Positions 29,176 to 38,447 of a DNA stretch of 41,478 nt are shown piece after piece (position 1 is the stretch's first letter; each line of letters begins with the position of its first letter). The stretch lies in the IMG/VR virus record IMGVR_UViG_3300030376_002734, positions 1 through 41,478 of that record; one strand, given 5' to 3'. The stretch comes from a virus. Lineage: Duplodnaviria; Caudoviricetes. A model generated the notes under the pieces. The model saw only the letters and a list, made by a program, of their open reading frames with translations, was not told where the DNA came from and did not search any database. Made by a program: the position numbers and the translations under genes.

Positions 29176-29916
29176 CATCTTTTCATGTCCTACCCTTGCT
29201 TTAGGGTCACACCATATTTCATAACCTGCTTTTATTGCATCTAAACAGAAAGAAACATCCTCACCACACATATCTTGAACTTCACCTGAATCAAATACCT
29301 GCATTTGAGGAGCGAACCAAGGATAAGTCATCTCTTTATTTTCAAAGACTCCTTTCTTGATAAGCAACCAACCAAATCCAGCATAATCAACTGTGAATGG
29401 TTTGCGACGTTTTGTAATGCCATCTAACATCTCATGGTTCATCACACCACCATTCTCTTTGAAATCACCTTCTTCTAACCAATGTGCTACTGATGATGTA
29501 TTACCATCTTCAGTTACATACCATCCAGAAGCAATATCCTTATCCATCAAAACTAGACGGTAGAACTGTTCAATACCGAAAACGATATCACTATCGATCC
29601 ATAACTGATAATCATACTCTAACTTACCGTCCCAAGGTAATTGATCTGGTCCACGTAAAACATTTGCACCAAGACACTTACATCGGGCAAAGTTCACCAT
29701 TGAACTGTAATCTTGAGATATTTGTATACTTGCTCCCTGCTGCACCAACTCAAAACAGAGTGATACGAAATTCTTTAGGTATGTGTATGAAACTCCTCTA
29801 CCTGGTAGACAAAAGACAACGCTTTTGCCTTTGATCATCTCTCTTCCTTTTTCTAATGAGAAATCATCTTTTTCTGCAGTTGGTGATGTTGATACCACCT
29901 TAAATCCTTTTGCCAT
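29164..29916 (-). CDS. GT-A fold glycosyltransferase-like protein
   Basis: LWIDSDIVF (DxD), GFGWLLIKKGVFE, GEDVSFC, VGHEK; ATG at 29916 preferred over TTG 29922. Confidence 0.7.
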   Translation of the reverse strand: MAKGFKVVSTSPTAEKDDFSLEKGREMIKGKSVVFCLPGRGVSYTYLKNFVSLCFELVQQGASIQISQDYSSMVNFARCKCLGANVLRGPDQLPWDGKLEYDYQLWIDSDIVFGIEQFYRLVLMDKDIASGWYVTEDGNTSSVAHWLEEGDFKENGGVMNHEMLDGITKRRKPFTVDYAGFGWLLIKKGVFENKEMTYPWFAPQMQVFDSGEVQDMCGEDVSFCLDAIKAGYEIWCDPKARVGHEKMRIL

Positions 29917-29937
29917 AACCAAATGTCATTCATATAC

Positions 29938-29967
29938 ATTATAACAGATTATATAGGTAGTCTGCAA
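29938..29967 (-). promoter_or_regulatory. Sigma70-like promoter
   Basis: TTGCAG-N18-TATAAT with extended -10 TG, about 22 nt upstream of ATG 29916. Confidence 0.5.
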
Positions 29968-30538
29968 CCCTCTTATGCCCAATTTGAGATAAGTGTCCTC
30001 TAGGTCTCCAATTTTCATTTTTACCCCAAAAACCACGTTTTCCTTTTCCTATTATTTTCTTGATACGATGTAATTTAAAATCAGTCATATCATAGTAAAA
30101 TGAATCACCTTCTTTCCATCCTCTTGGTTCTACACTCCAATGTATTACTTTTATATCTTTCATCCTACAATATGAATCAACAAGTAATATATTCTTCCAC
30201 ATGTTCTCATCATCTAATCTAGCATTTTGAAACTTTGTATAAAATGTTACTGCTAGTGGTTTAGTTACTGCCATACCATCCTTGTATACTTGAGGTATGA
30301 TACCTTCTACTTTACCTGATTTGTAAATATACTCTCTTCTATTCTTAAATGTCCATTGCACTATCAATTGGTCAACATCATGATCCTGTAGATGCATCAA
30401 TGTTCTTCTGGCAATATTATCATTACTAGCAGCAGATTTAGCAATATTTTCTGCTCCTAGTATTTCAGCATAAGTTTGTTCTCCTTCCTCTAGTTCATCA
30501 CCCCAAGTGAAGGAACACCCATTACATAACAGTGACAT
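29939..30538 (-). CDS. SGNH/GDSL-like protein, paralog 1
   Basis: NGCSFTWG block I, NIAKSAASND, IVQWT, C-terminal GHLSQIGH; start placed at MSLLCNG (30538). Confidence 0.65.
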   Translation of the reverse strand: MSLLCNGCSFTWGDELEEGEQTYAEILGAENIAKSAASNDNIARRTLMHLQDHDVDQLIVQWTFKNRREYIYKSGKVEGIIPQVYKDGMAVTKPLAVTFYTKFQNARLDDENMWKNILLVDSYCRMKDIKVIHWSVEPRGWKEGDSFYYDMTDFKLHRIKKIIGKGKRGFWGKNENWRPRGHLSQIGHKRVADYLYNLL

Positions 30539-31907
30539 TGTACTTGTTTTCAAATAATCTAGCATCTTCGATGTTATTTACCATCGGTTTTCCACGAACA
30601 TTCAAAGATGTGTTTAGTAGGACAGGACAACCTGTACGTTCATACCATGCCTCTAGTATGGGTCTCAGGATGCTTTCAGACGTTTCTGGGACTGTTTGTA
30701 CCCTAGCAGAGTTATCAACGTGTAGACAAGCAGGTATATCGTCCTGACGCTTGCATTGATAAGTATAAGACATATACCTAGAGTGGTCAGGCATATCAAA
30801 GTAATCGTGGCAATGCTCCTCAAGAATAGCAGGAGCAAATGGTCGGAATTTCTGTCTTTGCTTGATATCGTTAACGAGGTCTTTGGTTTGAATTTCTCTT
30901 GGATCCGCAAGTAGACTTCTGTTACCAAGAGCCCTAGGACCAAACTCTGCACGACCATTTGCGATACCAACGATCTTATTTTTGAGTAGGCACGTAACCA
31001 CCTCCTTCGGATCGACCTTACGCTTGATGTTGTACCCCAAGTAGGGTGTGAATTGAACTTTTCCACCATAAGATAATAATGCTGCCCCTAAAGCACCTCC
31101 AGCGTCGCCTGGGTTAGGCATAATCCAAAGATTGCACCTTTCCCTAAGTTTTGTATTTACAACGCAGTTGAGAGCAACTCCACCCCCATAACAGATATTA
31201 TCGCTATATTTCTTTGCTTTGTCAAATATTATCTCTAATTCCTGTTGTAGTATCCTTTCTGCACTCTTAGCAACGTCATATACATTATATGGGATTTCTT
31301 CTTTACGAATACCCTTATGATTGTTTCTATACAATAAACGCTCAACCCGATTCATATAAACAGGATTTCCGAACGCTGCCATCCCCATAAAGATATATTC
31401 TTCATCTAGAGGTTTTAGACCTGCCCATTTGGTCAATGCACTGTACCATAGACCAATAGAGTTAGGATACTTCCTAGACCAGACTTTTTTGTACTCTGCC
31501 TTCCCTTCAACCATTTTTGCAGTCCATATTGAACTACAATCCCATTCTCCGATAGAATCAACAACTACACACGCTGCTTCTTCAAATGAAGACGTTTGAA
31601 ACGCTGCAGCAGCATGAGACTTGTGATGTTCGTGATATTCGGTTGCTTCTAACGAATAGTATCTCTCATTCTTTACAGTTTCAAATTGACCAGCATATAA
31701 CTGCCTACTCTTCTTCCAGAAGGGCATTTCGTAAAATGCCACTTTATCGTCTTTTTGATAAGTCTTTGCGGCAATGATTGCCGCTAAATCCAAAGTCTTA
31801 TCGTGTTTCTTCTTTGAGTATCTTTCAGAATGCGTTGCAAATGAAATTTTGCCATTATTGACTACGGCAATTGCAGCATCGTGAAATCCTTCAGAAAATC
31901 CAATCAT
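30522..31907 (-). CDS. Carbamoyltransferase, NodU/CmcH/TobZ family
   Basis: GFHDAAIA, ERYS, HHKSHAAAAF, DSIGE, GGGVALNC, PNPGDAG, GRAEFGPRALGNRSLLADP, RPFAP, ARVQTV, LNTSLN. Confidence 0.95.
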   Translation of the reverse strand: MIGFSEGFHDAAIAVVNNGKISFATHSERYSKKKHDKTLDLAAIIAAKTYQKDDKVAFYEMPFWKKSRQLYAGQFETVKNERYYSLEATEYHEHHKSHAAAAFQTSSFEEAACVVVDSIGEWDCSSIWTAKMVEGKAEYKKVWSRKYPNSIGLWYSALTKWAGLKPLDEEYIFMGMAAFGNPVYMNRVERLLYRNNHKGIRKEEIPYNVYDVAKSAERILQQELEIIFDKAKKYSDNICYGGGVALNCVVNTKLRERCNLWIMPNPGDAGGALGAALLSYGGKVQFTPYLGYNIKRKVDPKEVVTCLLKNKIVGIANGRAEFGPRALGNRSLLADPREIQTKDLVNDIKQRQKFRPFAPAILEEHCHDYFDMPDHSRYMSYTYQCKRQDDIPACLHVDNSARVQTVPETSESILRPILEAWYERTGCPVLLNTSLNVRGKPMVNNIEDARLFENKYNVTVM

Positions 31908-31993
31908 TCTTCGTCTTCGTAGATATACGGATCTTCACGTTTTAATTTCCAGAGTTTATACTCTCCGTAGATCCAATTCCAGAGTTTTTTCAT
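31904..31993 (-). CDS. 29-aa peptide coupled to the carbamoyltransferase
   Basis: Not in track. MKKLWNWIYGEYKLWKLKREDPYIYEDEE; ATGA overlap with the carbamoyltransferase start; late promoter 20 nt upstream. Confidence 0.75.
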   Translation of the reverse strand: MKKLWNWIYGEYKLWKLKREDPYIYEDEE

Positions 31994-32012
31994 ATTTTTG
32001 ATTAATGCAATG

Positions 32013-32020
32013 TATTTATG
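32013..32020 (-). promoter_or_regulatory. Late promoter CATAAATA
   Basis: Intergenic, upstream of the peptide-carbamoyltransferase unit. Confidence 0.65.
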
Positions 32021-32021
32021 A

Positions 32022-32735
32022 CTAATTTTTGAACATTTTAGCAGTCTTTATGATAAACATCAAGTCTAACGCAATTCTCATGTGCCCCAATTCATTTGGA
32101 TGCTTATATTTTGCTTTTGCGTATCTTTTGTCATTATTGAGTTGTAAAGTGTATTCTAATGGCGTAGAATCGTCGCAAGTGAGTAAAGCAAGTGGAACAT
32201 TGTTTATTTTGCAATGATTCTTGATTGTAGTGTATGCAATTTGTTCATATGCCCTTCCGTACTCTTCTTGGTAGATACTTTTGTAATATTGAGTCCAAAA
32301 CTGCTTATTGATTGGTCGTACACCTTTTCTAAGTTCTTCTCCTATCTTCACATCTCCAAAGTCACCATTTTCCCAATCAAAACTCTCATCAGTCGCACTA
32401 TGGATTGTTATATTAGTCCAACCCTTTTTCTTTCCAACCATTATCAAACCTGGTTTATATTCAAACTCATTATTTTTCAATTTTCGTATTCTATGCGGAT
32501 CATAATACTCCAATCTCTCAGGAAAGGTCAATTGAATGATAGCAAGATCATATTTGGTTATATCATTCTCTACAAGTAGATTACGAACGATTCTGGCATT
32601 ACTAGCACCACCTTGAGCAACATTGCAAACTTCTGCCCCTATTTTATTTCCAAGAAGCGTACTATATCTAGTTTTTTCAGGATCTTTCAATTCTCCACCA
32701 TAAGTGTAAGAACACCCATCAACGTAAATTTTCAT
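32022..32735 (-). CDS. SGNH/GDSL-like protein, paralog 2
   Basis: MKIYVDGCSYTYG, NVAQGGASN, IIQLT, HPNELGH; ATG 32735 overlaps the upstream stop (ATGA). Confidence 0.65.
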   Translation of the reverse strand: MKIYVDGCSYTYGGELKDPEKTRYSTLLGNKIGAEVCNVAQGGASNARIVRNLLVENDITKYDLAIIQLTFPERLEYYDPHRIRKLKNNEFEYKPGLIMVGKKKGWTNITIHSATDESFDWENGDFGDVKIGEELRKGVRPINKQFWTQYYKSIYQEEYGRAYEQIAYTTIKNHCKINNVPLALLTCDDSTPLEYTLQLNNDKRYAKAKYKHPNELGHMRIALDLMFIIKTAKMFKN

Positions 32736-33697
32736 CCCCACGGTTTTGTATTGAATTCATTATACCACTCATCGTAAATCCATGCTAGATTTTGTCTACC
32801 ATAAGATATATCTTCCTCGGAAAGGTCTTGCATATCACTGATCCATTGATCTTTGAGTAATTCATGCCTAGGTGCCTTAGTTCCCTGTTCTGGATAGTAA
32901 CAATTGTGATATAAGTCATTTATTGGATAATCTAGAAATTCTGACAATTCTTTTGTCTTACCACTCCACAATTCTTCCATTACGATAGGTAAAGTCGGAA
33001 ATACACTAGACCATTTCTTATAGATGTCTACGTAAGAGTATGCGGAGTCTAAAACTGATTTCCAGTAAGAAATACTGTCAGGATACTTCCTATTGATCAT
33101 TCTCCACTTGAATCTATCTTTTATGTCTCTATTTTCCCAATCAAAACCCATTTCTGATTTATTTTGCGATCTGAGTCTATAATGAGAAGACATTTCAGAA
33201 TAATGCCTTCTTACTGGATCTCTATAAATTATTAGCACCTTTACATTGAAATGTTGCTTCAATACAGGTGAAATGCCAACTAAGAAGTGATATGGTAAAG
33301 TAGCAAGTTCATTTGAGAAATCCATGACTGCTTTATAGTCATGTTTGACATTTTCCCAAAGAATCTTGTAATAATTGACATAAGTGTCAATATTTGGATC
33401 AGATCTAAAGTAATCTCTTATTTGTTCTTTAGTTTCTTGTAGATACTTACTATATTTGCCCCAACTCCTATTTCTTCTTGGTTCTTTCCTATGAGAGAGC
33501 AATTCATCAATTTTTTGCCCCCTGTACTTCTTCCAATACGCATATCCATCCATTTCAGACAATTGCTTTAGCAATCTGTCTTCTTTTACGAGTCCACAGT
33601 GTCCGAACTGATTTGTTACCTGTAAACTGTACCATAACGGAGTAGTTGCAGACCAACCAGTCCCTGACCCAAGAATTAGGGTAGGTTTATCATTCAT
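32732..33697 (-). CDS. Sulfotransferase-fold protein
   Basis: N-terminal loop GSGTGWSATTPL, KE, DFS, 3'-phosphate motif YRDPVRRHYS. Confidence 0.7.
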   Translation of the reverse strand: MNDKPTLILGSGTGWSATTPLWYSLQVTNQFGHCGLVKEDRLLKQLSEMDGYAYWKKYRGQKIDELLSHRKEPRRNRSWGKYSKYLQETKEQIRDYFRSDPNIDTYVNYYKILWENVKHDYKAVMDFSNELATLPYHFLVGISPVLKQHFNVKVLIIYRDPVRRHYSEMSSHYRLRSQNKSEMGFDWENRDIKDRFKWRMINRKYPDSISYWKSVLDSAYSYVDIYKKWSSVFPTLPIVMEELWSGKTKELSEFLDYPINDLYHNCYYPEQGTKAPRHELLKDQWISDMQDLSEEDISYGRQNLAWIYDEWYNEFNTKPWG

Positions 33698-33712
33698 GGT
33701 CTATATATCAGT

Positions 33713-34639
33713 ATGAAACCAACATTATTATTGAATCCTGGTACGGGATGGGCTGCTACAACACCATTCTACTATACTTTAGCGTTAGACAACAAATATA
33801 CTCACGCAGGGCATCTAAAAGAGAACAGTTATCTGTATACACTAAAAAATTCAGAATACGAACCTTATTTTTTCAAAAAATGGGAAAAAAATCAGGATCA
33901 GCATCTAGTAAATGAAAATACCCTAGATCACTTCTCTGATGAGTACATGAATGACTTTATTAATGGTGAAAGGAGTATAGACAAATATATTGACTACTAT
34001 AAAAGGCATTTTGAAGAAATTGGTAGACCTAGTGTTGCAGACTTCAGTAATTACAACATATCAATGAAAGAAGATGATCTAAAATCAATCGCAGACAAAT
34101 TAAAAGAACATTTCAACATAAAAGTGACTATGCAGTTCCGAGAACCTGTAAGAAGGTTCTTTTCAGAGACTGGATCTGTTATATCATTCAATAAGAACCG
34201 AGGATCATTGTATAACTTCAAACATGGACTAGATTTGCGGATGACAATGCTCATAAATGCAAAAGATCACACTGAATTGTTTTTATATCGCATTAAAAAG
34301 CAAGATTTCTCAAATCTTTGCTTTTATATGAAAAATTACAAGAAATTTGCAAATGTTTTTGGTAAGGAAAACGTATTACCCATCATAATGGAGAAATTTT
34401 GGGATCCAGATCAATTTAAAGAGCAAACTGAGCGATTATCTGATTTCTTGAACTTCAAAATTACCAAAATTCATGAAAATGTGTATTTTCCTGATAGAGG
34501 TAACGAAGCACCCCAACTTGCAGGTCTACCAGACCAATGGAAGTCCGATATTGACTCATTAACCGACGAAGTATATGATAAATCCGCTAAAATGATGAAA
34601 AACTTTATAAAATCTTGGGAAAATCTATCACTTTTGTAA
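33713..34639 (+). CDS. Sulfotransferase-fold protein, divergent paralog
   Basis: NPGTGWAATTPF, HAGHLKE, ADFSN, FREPVRRFFS, IIMEKFW, HENVYFP..G..AP...L.DQW.SD, all shared with 32732-33697. Confidence 0.75.
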   Translation: MKPTLLLNPGTGWAATTPFYYTLALDNKYTHAGHLKENSYLYTLKNSEYEPYFFKKWEKNQDQHLVNENTLDHFSDEYMNDFINGERSIDKYIDYYKRHFEEIGRPSVADFSNYNISMKEDDLKSIADKLKEHFNIKVTMQFREPVRRFFSETGSVISFNKNRGSLYNFKHGLDLRMTMLINAKDHTELFLYRIKKQDFSNLCFYMKNYKKFANVFGKENVLPIIMEKFWDPDQFKEQTERLSDFLNFKITKIHENVYFPDRGNEAPQLAGLPDQWKSDIDSLTDEVYDKSAKMMKNFIKSWENLSLL

Positions 34640-35207
34640 GATGATCCGCAATAAGTTGATGTCCGAGAGGGGATGGGTGACCATCTAACCAATATTTGCC
34701 TCCATTCTTAGGATGACCAAGTAAATCTTGGTGTTGGAGCATGTCAGACCATGATGTTAGGTCTTCATATACGCATTTCTCCAACTCATCACCTCTTTTA
34801 TTAGCAAATCTCCAGAAGTAATGTGGAATACCACGCTTTTTTAGGTATGATTCCATCACAAAAACGTTTTTCCAGAAGTTTGTATAGTGTAATTGGTTAG
34901 AACTGATAAATTTGTAGTAATAACGTGGCACAATATTCGTAGGACTCACACTTCCTGGTTGATATGACCTCCATTTTCCTTTTTCCCAATGAGAAAAGCG
35001 TGTTACAAGCGTAAATTGTACGATTACAAAGTTACAAGTGTTATTTTCTAACCATTCTATCGTTTCTTTGACAATCAAATCGTTACATTTACCTGATTGT
35101 GCGAGATTTACATGCTCATGTCCAAGCAAATATGAGTATCTTTGCGTTTCTGGGTGTTCTAATTCCATACCATAGGTATGACTACACCCATTGAAGAATA
35201 TTTTCAC
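34605..35207 (-). CDS. SGNH/GDSL-like protein, paralog 3
   Basis: KIFFNGCSHTYG, NLAQSGKCN, IVQFT, DGHPSPLGH; GTGA-coupled to the upstream amidinotransferase. Confidence 0.65.
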   Translation of the reverse strand: MKIFFNGCSHTYGMELEHPETQRYSYLLGHEHVNLAQSGKCNDLIVKETIEWLENNTCNFVIVQFTLVTRFSHWEKGKWRSYQPGSVSPTNIVPRYYYKFISSNQLHYTNFWKNVFVMESYLKKRGIPHYFWRFANKRGDELEKCVYEDLTSWSDMLQHQDLLGHPKNGGKYWLDGHPSPLGHQLIADHLTKVIDFPKIL

Positions 35208-36547
35208 AAATATAAAGTGTAATTAGGGTCATCTGCACCCCTATCAACAACCATTTCACCTTGACGTTCAGGAAAATAGTCTTTCTGTTCTCCTTCTCTA
35301 ACTATATCTGACGTAATACAGTGTAATCCACCGTCCCAAAAATACCTATGACGGAAGTTTATAACATGTGGTGTGATATTATGACGCTCAAATGCTTCAA
35401 ATACCTTCTCATTATATCCATTTACGATCACATTGTTCTCATCAAGTACTAACATGTTGGTATCAAAGACACTTTCCTCTACATAAGTGACCCAATGATC
35501 CATCCAACTATCAATATAGTCAATCAAATCATCATTATCCTCCTCACCTGCTACCCACCAACGTCCACGATTCTTATTTTTCATCTTAATAAACCCATCT
35601 ATCTTATCCCATGACTCACCAGGTAGAGTTACAACATCCCAATCAGGGAAAGTCTTCTCGTAATTCTGAATATCTCTCAACGTAACAATCAAACCAGGTT
35701 TGACTGCACTAAAACAACCATCAGTATGACCTCCTACATGCAAGAAATGCTTACGATGGTCAGGAAATAACCTATCCATCTTTGCTCTAAAGGATACTTC
35801 GTTGATCTTATTACAGATATTACCAAAACCAAAGTACAAATCCTTACCAACACGAGTCATAATACCACAGTTGATGTATTCATCATACACAACGTCTATA
35901 TTATTATCTTCACACCACTTCTGGATACTTTGAAAACAGTAAAAGTCATTGTTTATCGGGAACTTATTATTCGATCCGATAGTCAACATCTCTGCTTGTA
36001 GTATTTTCTCCTTGATCTTCTTCGTATCTACTGCACTCAGTACATATCTCACTCTCTTCATATCTTTATTTGCCCTGACTCTCATCAAAGATCCACCTGT
36101 TGATAAGCGACTTGGGTCTAATGCTTCTTCTACCATTTGTGCAATCGCACGATAACGAGGAGTATTCACCTTATGCCAAGGTTCAGACATCATTCCACTA
36201 AAGATCTTCTCTACATCAATGTTCTGACCAAACTTATCAGAAGGCATAAAGTATTGACTACCTACAGCAGCAGTATGATCTCTTGGACACATTGGTGGAT
36301 TACGAGGTTTATCTCCAGCTCTCCAATGGTCTTCTATGTTATCTGATATATCTGTTCTCACTACAGTCGCACCAAACTCTTCTATCTTACTAATCAGTTT
36401 CTGGAAGTCCTCTTCTGTCTCAATGGCAATCTTCTCCATTGCATTTCGGACTTTACTATTCTTAATTCTGCTATAGAATTCTGGTGGATATGATCTACCT
36501 ACGGCACATACCTTTAGTGGATCCCAATGTTGTTGTACAGTTTTCAT
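35204..36547 (-). CDS. Amidinotransferase (glycine/inosamine-phosphate amidinotransferase family), paralog A
   Basis: WDPLKVCAVG, ETEED, MCPRD, GHTDG, EESVFDTNML, RHRYFWDGGLHCITSD. Confidence 0.85.
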   Translation of the reverse strand: MKTVQQHWDPLKVCAVGRSYPPEFYSRIKNSKVRNAMEKIAIETEEDFQKLISKIEEFGATVVRTDISDNIEDHWRAGDKPRNPPMCPRDHTAAVGSQYFMPSDKFGQNIDVEKIFSGMMSEPWHKVNTPRYRAIAQMVEEALDPSRLSTGGSLMRVRANKDMKRVRYVLSAVDTKKIKEKILQAEMLTIGSNNKFPINNDFYCFQSIQKWCEDNNIDVVYDEYINCGIMTRVGKDLYFGFGNICNKINEVSFRAKMDRLFPDHRKHFLHVGGHTDGCFSAVKPGLIVTLRDIQNYEKTFPDWDVVTLPGESWDKIDGFIKMKNKNRGRWWVAGEEDNDDLIDYIDSWMDHWVTYVEESVFDTNMLVLDENNVIVNGYNEKVFEAFERHNITPHVINFRHRYFWDGGLHCITSDIVREGEQKDYFPERQGEMVVDRGADDPNYTLYL

Positions 36548-37908
36548 AAGTGATAATCTTGTCGTTCACCTTCACGGGAGATATCGGAAGTTATACAGTG
36601 TAAACCACCATCCCAGAAGTATCTATGTCGAAAGTTTACGATATGTGGAGTGATACCATATCGTTCAAAGGCATCAAACACTTCCTTATTATAACCATTG
36701 ACTATGACATTCTTTTTATCTATGACTAGCATGTTGACATCAAATACAGTTTCTTCCACATAAGTCACCCAATGGTTCAACCAACTATCAACAAAATCAA
36801 CAAGTTCCTGATTATCTTCTTCTCCTTTTATCCACCAACGTCCACGATTCTTTTGCTTTGCTTCTCGAAACCCTGGCAGTTTCTTCCATGATTCATCTTT
36901 GAGATATACAACTTCCCAGTCAGGGTAATACTTCTCATAGAAACTCATATCCTTGAGAGCAATGATAAGACCTGGCAGTACAGGATGCATACCACCGTCA
37001 CCATGACCAGGTGTATCTACTGCATGGACACGATAGTCAGGAAATAATTTTGCCCACTTATCCTTATATACGTTTTCATTCAATTTATTGACAAGGTTTA
37101 CATAGTTGAAAAATATATCTTTTCCAATTCTCCAAGACATTGCACCATTAATATATGAGTCATATACAATGGGTACATCATTCTCTTTACACCACTTCTC
37201 AATAGAAGCAAACTGATAGAACTTCTTATTACTTGGGAACTTATTGATACTTCCAATTGTATTGGTTTCTGCTGCAAAGATTAGTTTCTTTACCTCTTCT
37301 GCATCGATACCTGCTAAGTAACGAGTAAAACATTTTGGTTTTTGTTTTTTCGCTTCTTGTTGATTATCCCAAAATTCACGACTATCCCACCATTCTTTCC
37401 ATAGTCCTTTCTTACTTCTCAACTTCATCAGTGCAACAGTAGATGAGATAGGTCTACCTGGCAACATCAAGTCAGTCAAATACTTTGCTAATATCCTTTC
37501 TCTACTATTATCTCTTTGAAATAAGTTCTTATCTAATAACCCATTGAAAATCTTCTCTACATCGATATTGTCACCATACTTAGGAGAAGGCATAAAGAAT
37601 CTATTGCCAATCATAGTTGTGAAATCTCTTGGACAGAGAGGGGGAGCAGACCATGCTCCTTCATTCTCATCAATAAGTCCTATATTATGATCTTCTGGAT
37701 TCTTTGATACATCAGTACGAAGCACCTTGACATCAAACTCTTCTAACTTCGATATAAGCGTTTGAAAGTCTTCTTCTGTTTCAATTGCAATTCTTTCTAA
37801 TGCTCCTCTGACCTTAGGATTCTCAACACATGAATAAAACTCAGGTGGAAAACTCCGACCTACTGCACATACTTTGAGTTTATCCCAATGCTGGTGTACT
37901 GTATGCAT
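36544..37908 (-). CDS. Amidinotransferase, paralog B
   Basis: WDKLKVCAVG, ETEED, LCPRD, GHGDG, EETVFDVNML, RHRYFWDGGLHCITSD. Confidence 0.85.
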   Translation of the reverse strand: MHTVHQHWDKLKVCAVGRSFPPEFYSCVENPKVRGALERIAIETEEDFQTLISKLEEFDVKVLRTDVSKNPEDHNIGLIDENEGAWSAPPLCPRDFTTMIGNRFFMPSPKYGDNIDVEKIFNGLLDKNLFQRDNSRERILAKYLTDLMLPGRPISSTVALMKLRSKKGLWKEWWDSREFWDNQQEAKKQKPKCFTRYLAGIDAEEVKKLIFAAETNTIGSINKFPSNKKFYQFASIEKWCKENDVPIVYDSYINGAMSWRIGKDIFFNYVNLVNKLNENVYKDKWAKLFPDYRVHAVDTPGHGDGGMHPVLPGLIIALKDMSFYEKYYPDWEVVYLKDESWKKLPGFREAKQKNRGRWWIKGEEDNQELVDFVDSWLNHWVTYVEETVFDVNMLVIDKKNVIVNGYNKEVFDAFERYGITPHIVNFRHRYFWDGGLHCITSDISREGERQDYHL

Positions 37909-38171
37909 TATGAAAAATGATAAGATTTATACCACTCATACCATTTATGGACTTGCTTCTTTGCTTCCACATGTAGAGGGTCTTTCGCCCATTGTATCAC
38001 ATCTTCCTTCTCTTTCCATTTACTTATTGTTATCTCCACACTATCAACAACTTCTGACTCTAATGCTATAAAACCTGAAAGACCTTTTGCAGTATCATAA
38101 AGAGTATCACTATATTCCTCATACTCTTCATTCAGGTCTTTGACCTTACCAATAAACATCACTTGATACAT
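37908..38171 (-). CDS. Antibiotic biosynthesis monooxygenase (ABM)-like protein
   Basis: MYQVMF...GFIALES...ITISKW...WAKDPLHVEAK...WYEWY; ATG 38171 preferred over GTG 38213. Confidence 0.75.
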   Translation of the reverse strand: MYQVMFIGKVKDLNEEYEEYSDTLYDTAKGLSGFIALESEVVDSVEITISKWKEKEDVIQWAKDPLHVEAKKQVHKWYEWYKSYHFS

Positions 38172-38216
38172 GCCTTTAATATAATATAGAAGCTGCCTCT
38201 TGGACAGTAACACTGT

Positions 38217-38223
38217 TATTTAG
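38217..38223 (-). promoter_or_regulatory. Late promoter CTAAATA heading the ABM-amidinotransferase unit
   Basis: Same variant as at 258 and 1013; intergenic. Confidence 0.55.
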
Positions 38224-38325
38224 AAGTCCTCATATTTCACTTGAAGATTCTTATATTTTTCTTACGATATGGTAATAAGAAAAATTATCTCACATGGGTT
38301 TACCTTATACTACCATAACTCACAG

Positions 38326-38354
38326 TTGACAAATTGGTGAGGGTCTGTTATGAT
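38326..38354 (+). promoter_or_regulatory. Sigma70 promoter for the tRNA cluster
   Basis: TTGACA-N17-TATGAT with extended -10 TG, 13 nt upstream of tRNA-Asp. Confidence 0.85.
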
Positions 38355-38367
38355 ATGTACATCACTT

Positions 38368-38441
38368 GGGATAGTAGTTCAGTGGTTTAGAACGCTGCCC
38401 TGTCACGGCAGAGGTCGTGGGTTCAAATCCCATCTGTCCCG
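38368..38441 (+). tRNA. tRNA-Asp(GTC)
   Basis: Acceptor GGGATAG/CTGTCCC, D stem GTTC/GAAC, anticodon arm CTGCC-CTGTCAC-GGCAG, T arm GTGGG-TTCAAAT-CCCAT; no encoded CCA. Confidence 0.95.
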
Positions 38442-38447
38442 TTTATT

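Noticed and set aside
29164-38171. Saxitoxin biosynthesis cluster
   Set aside because: Family overlap only; no SxtA-like PKS/aminotransferase, deaminase or Rieske oxygenases in the window.
38172-38325. Riboswitch or known cyanophage ncRNA between the ABM gene and tRNA promoter
   Set aside because: Only a short ACAGT/ACTGT stem is visible and no convincing ORF; an Rfam/Infernal search would be needed.
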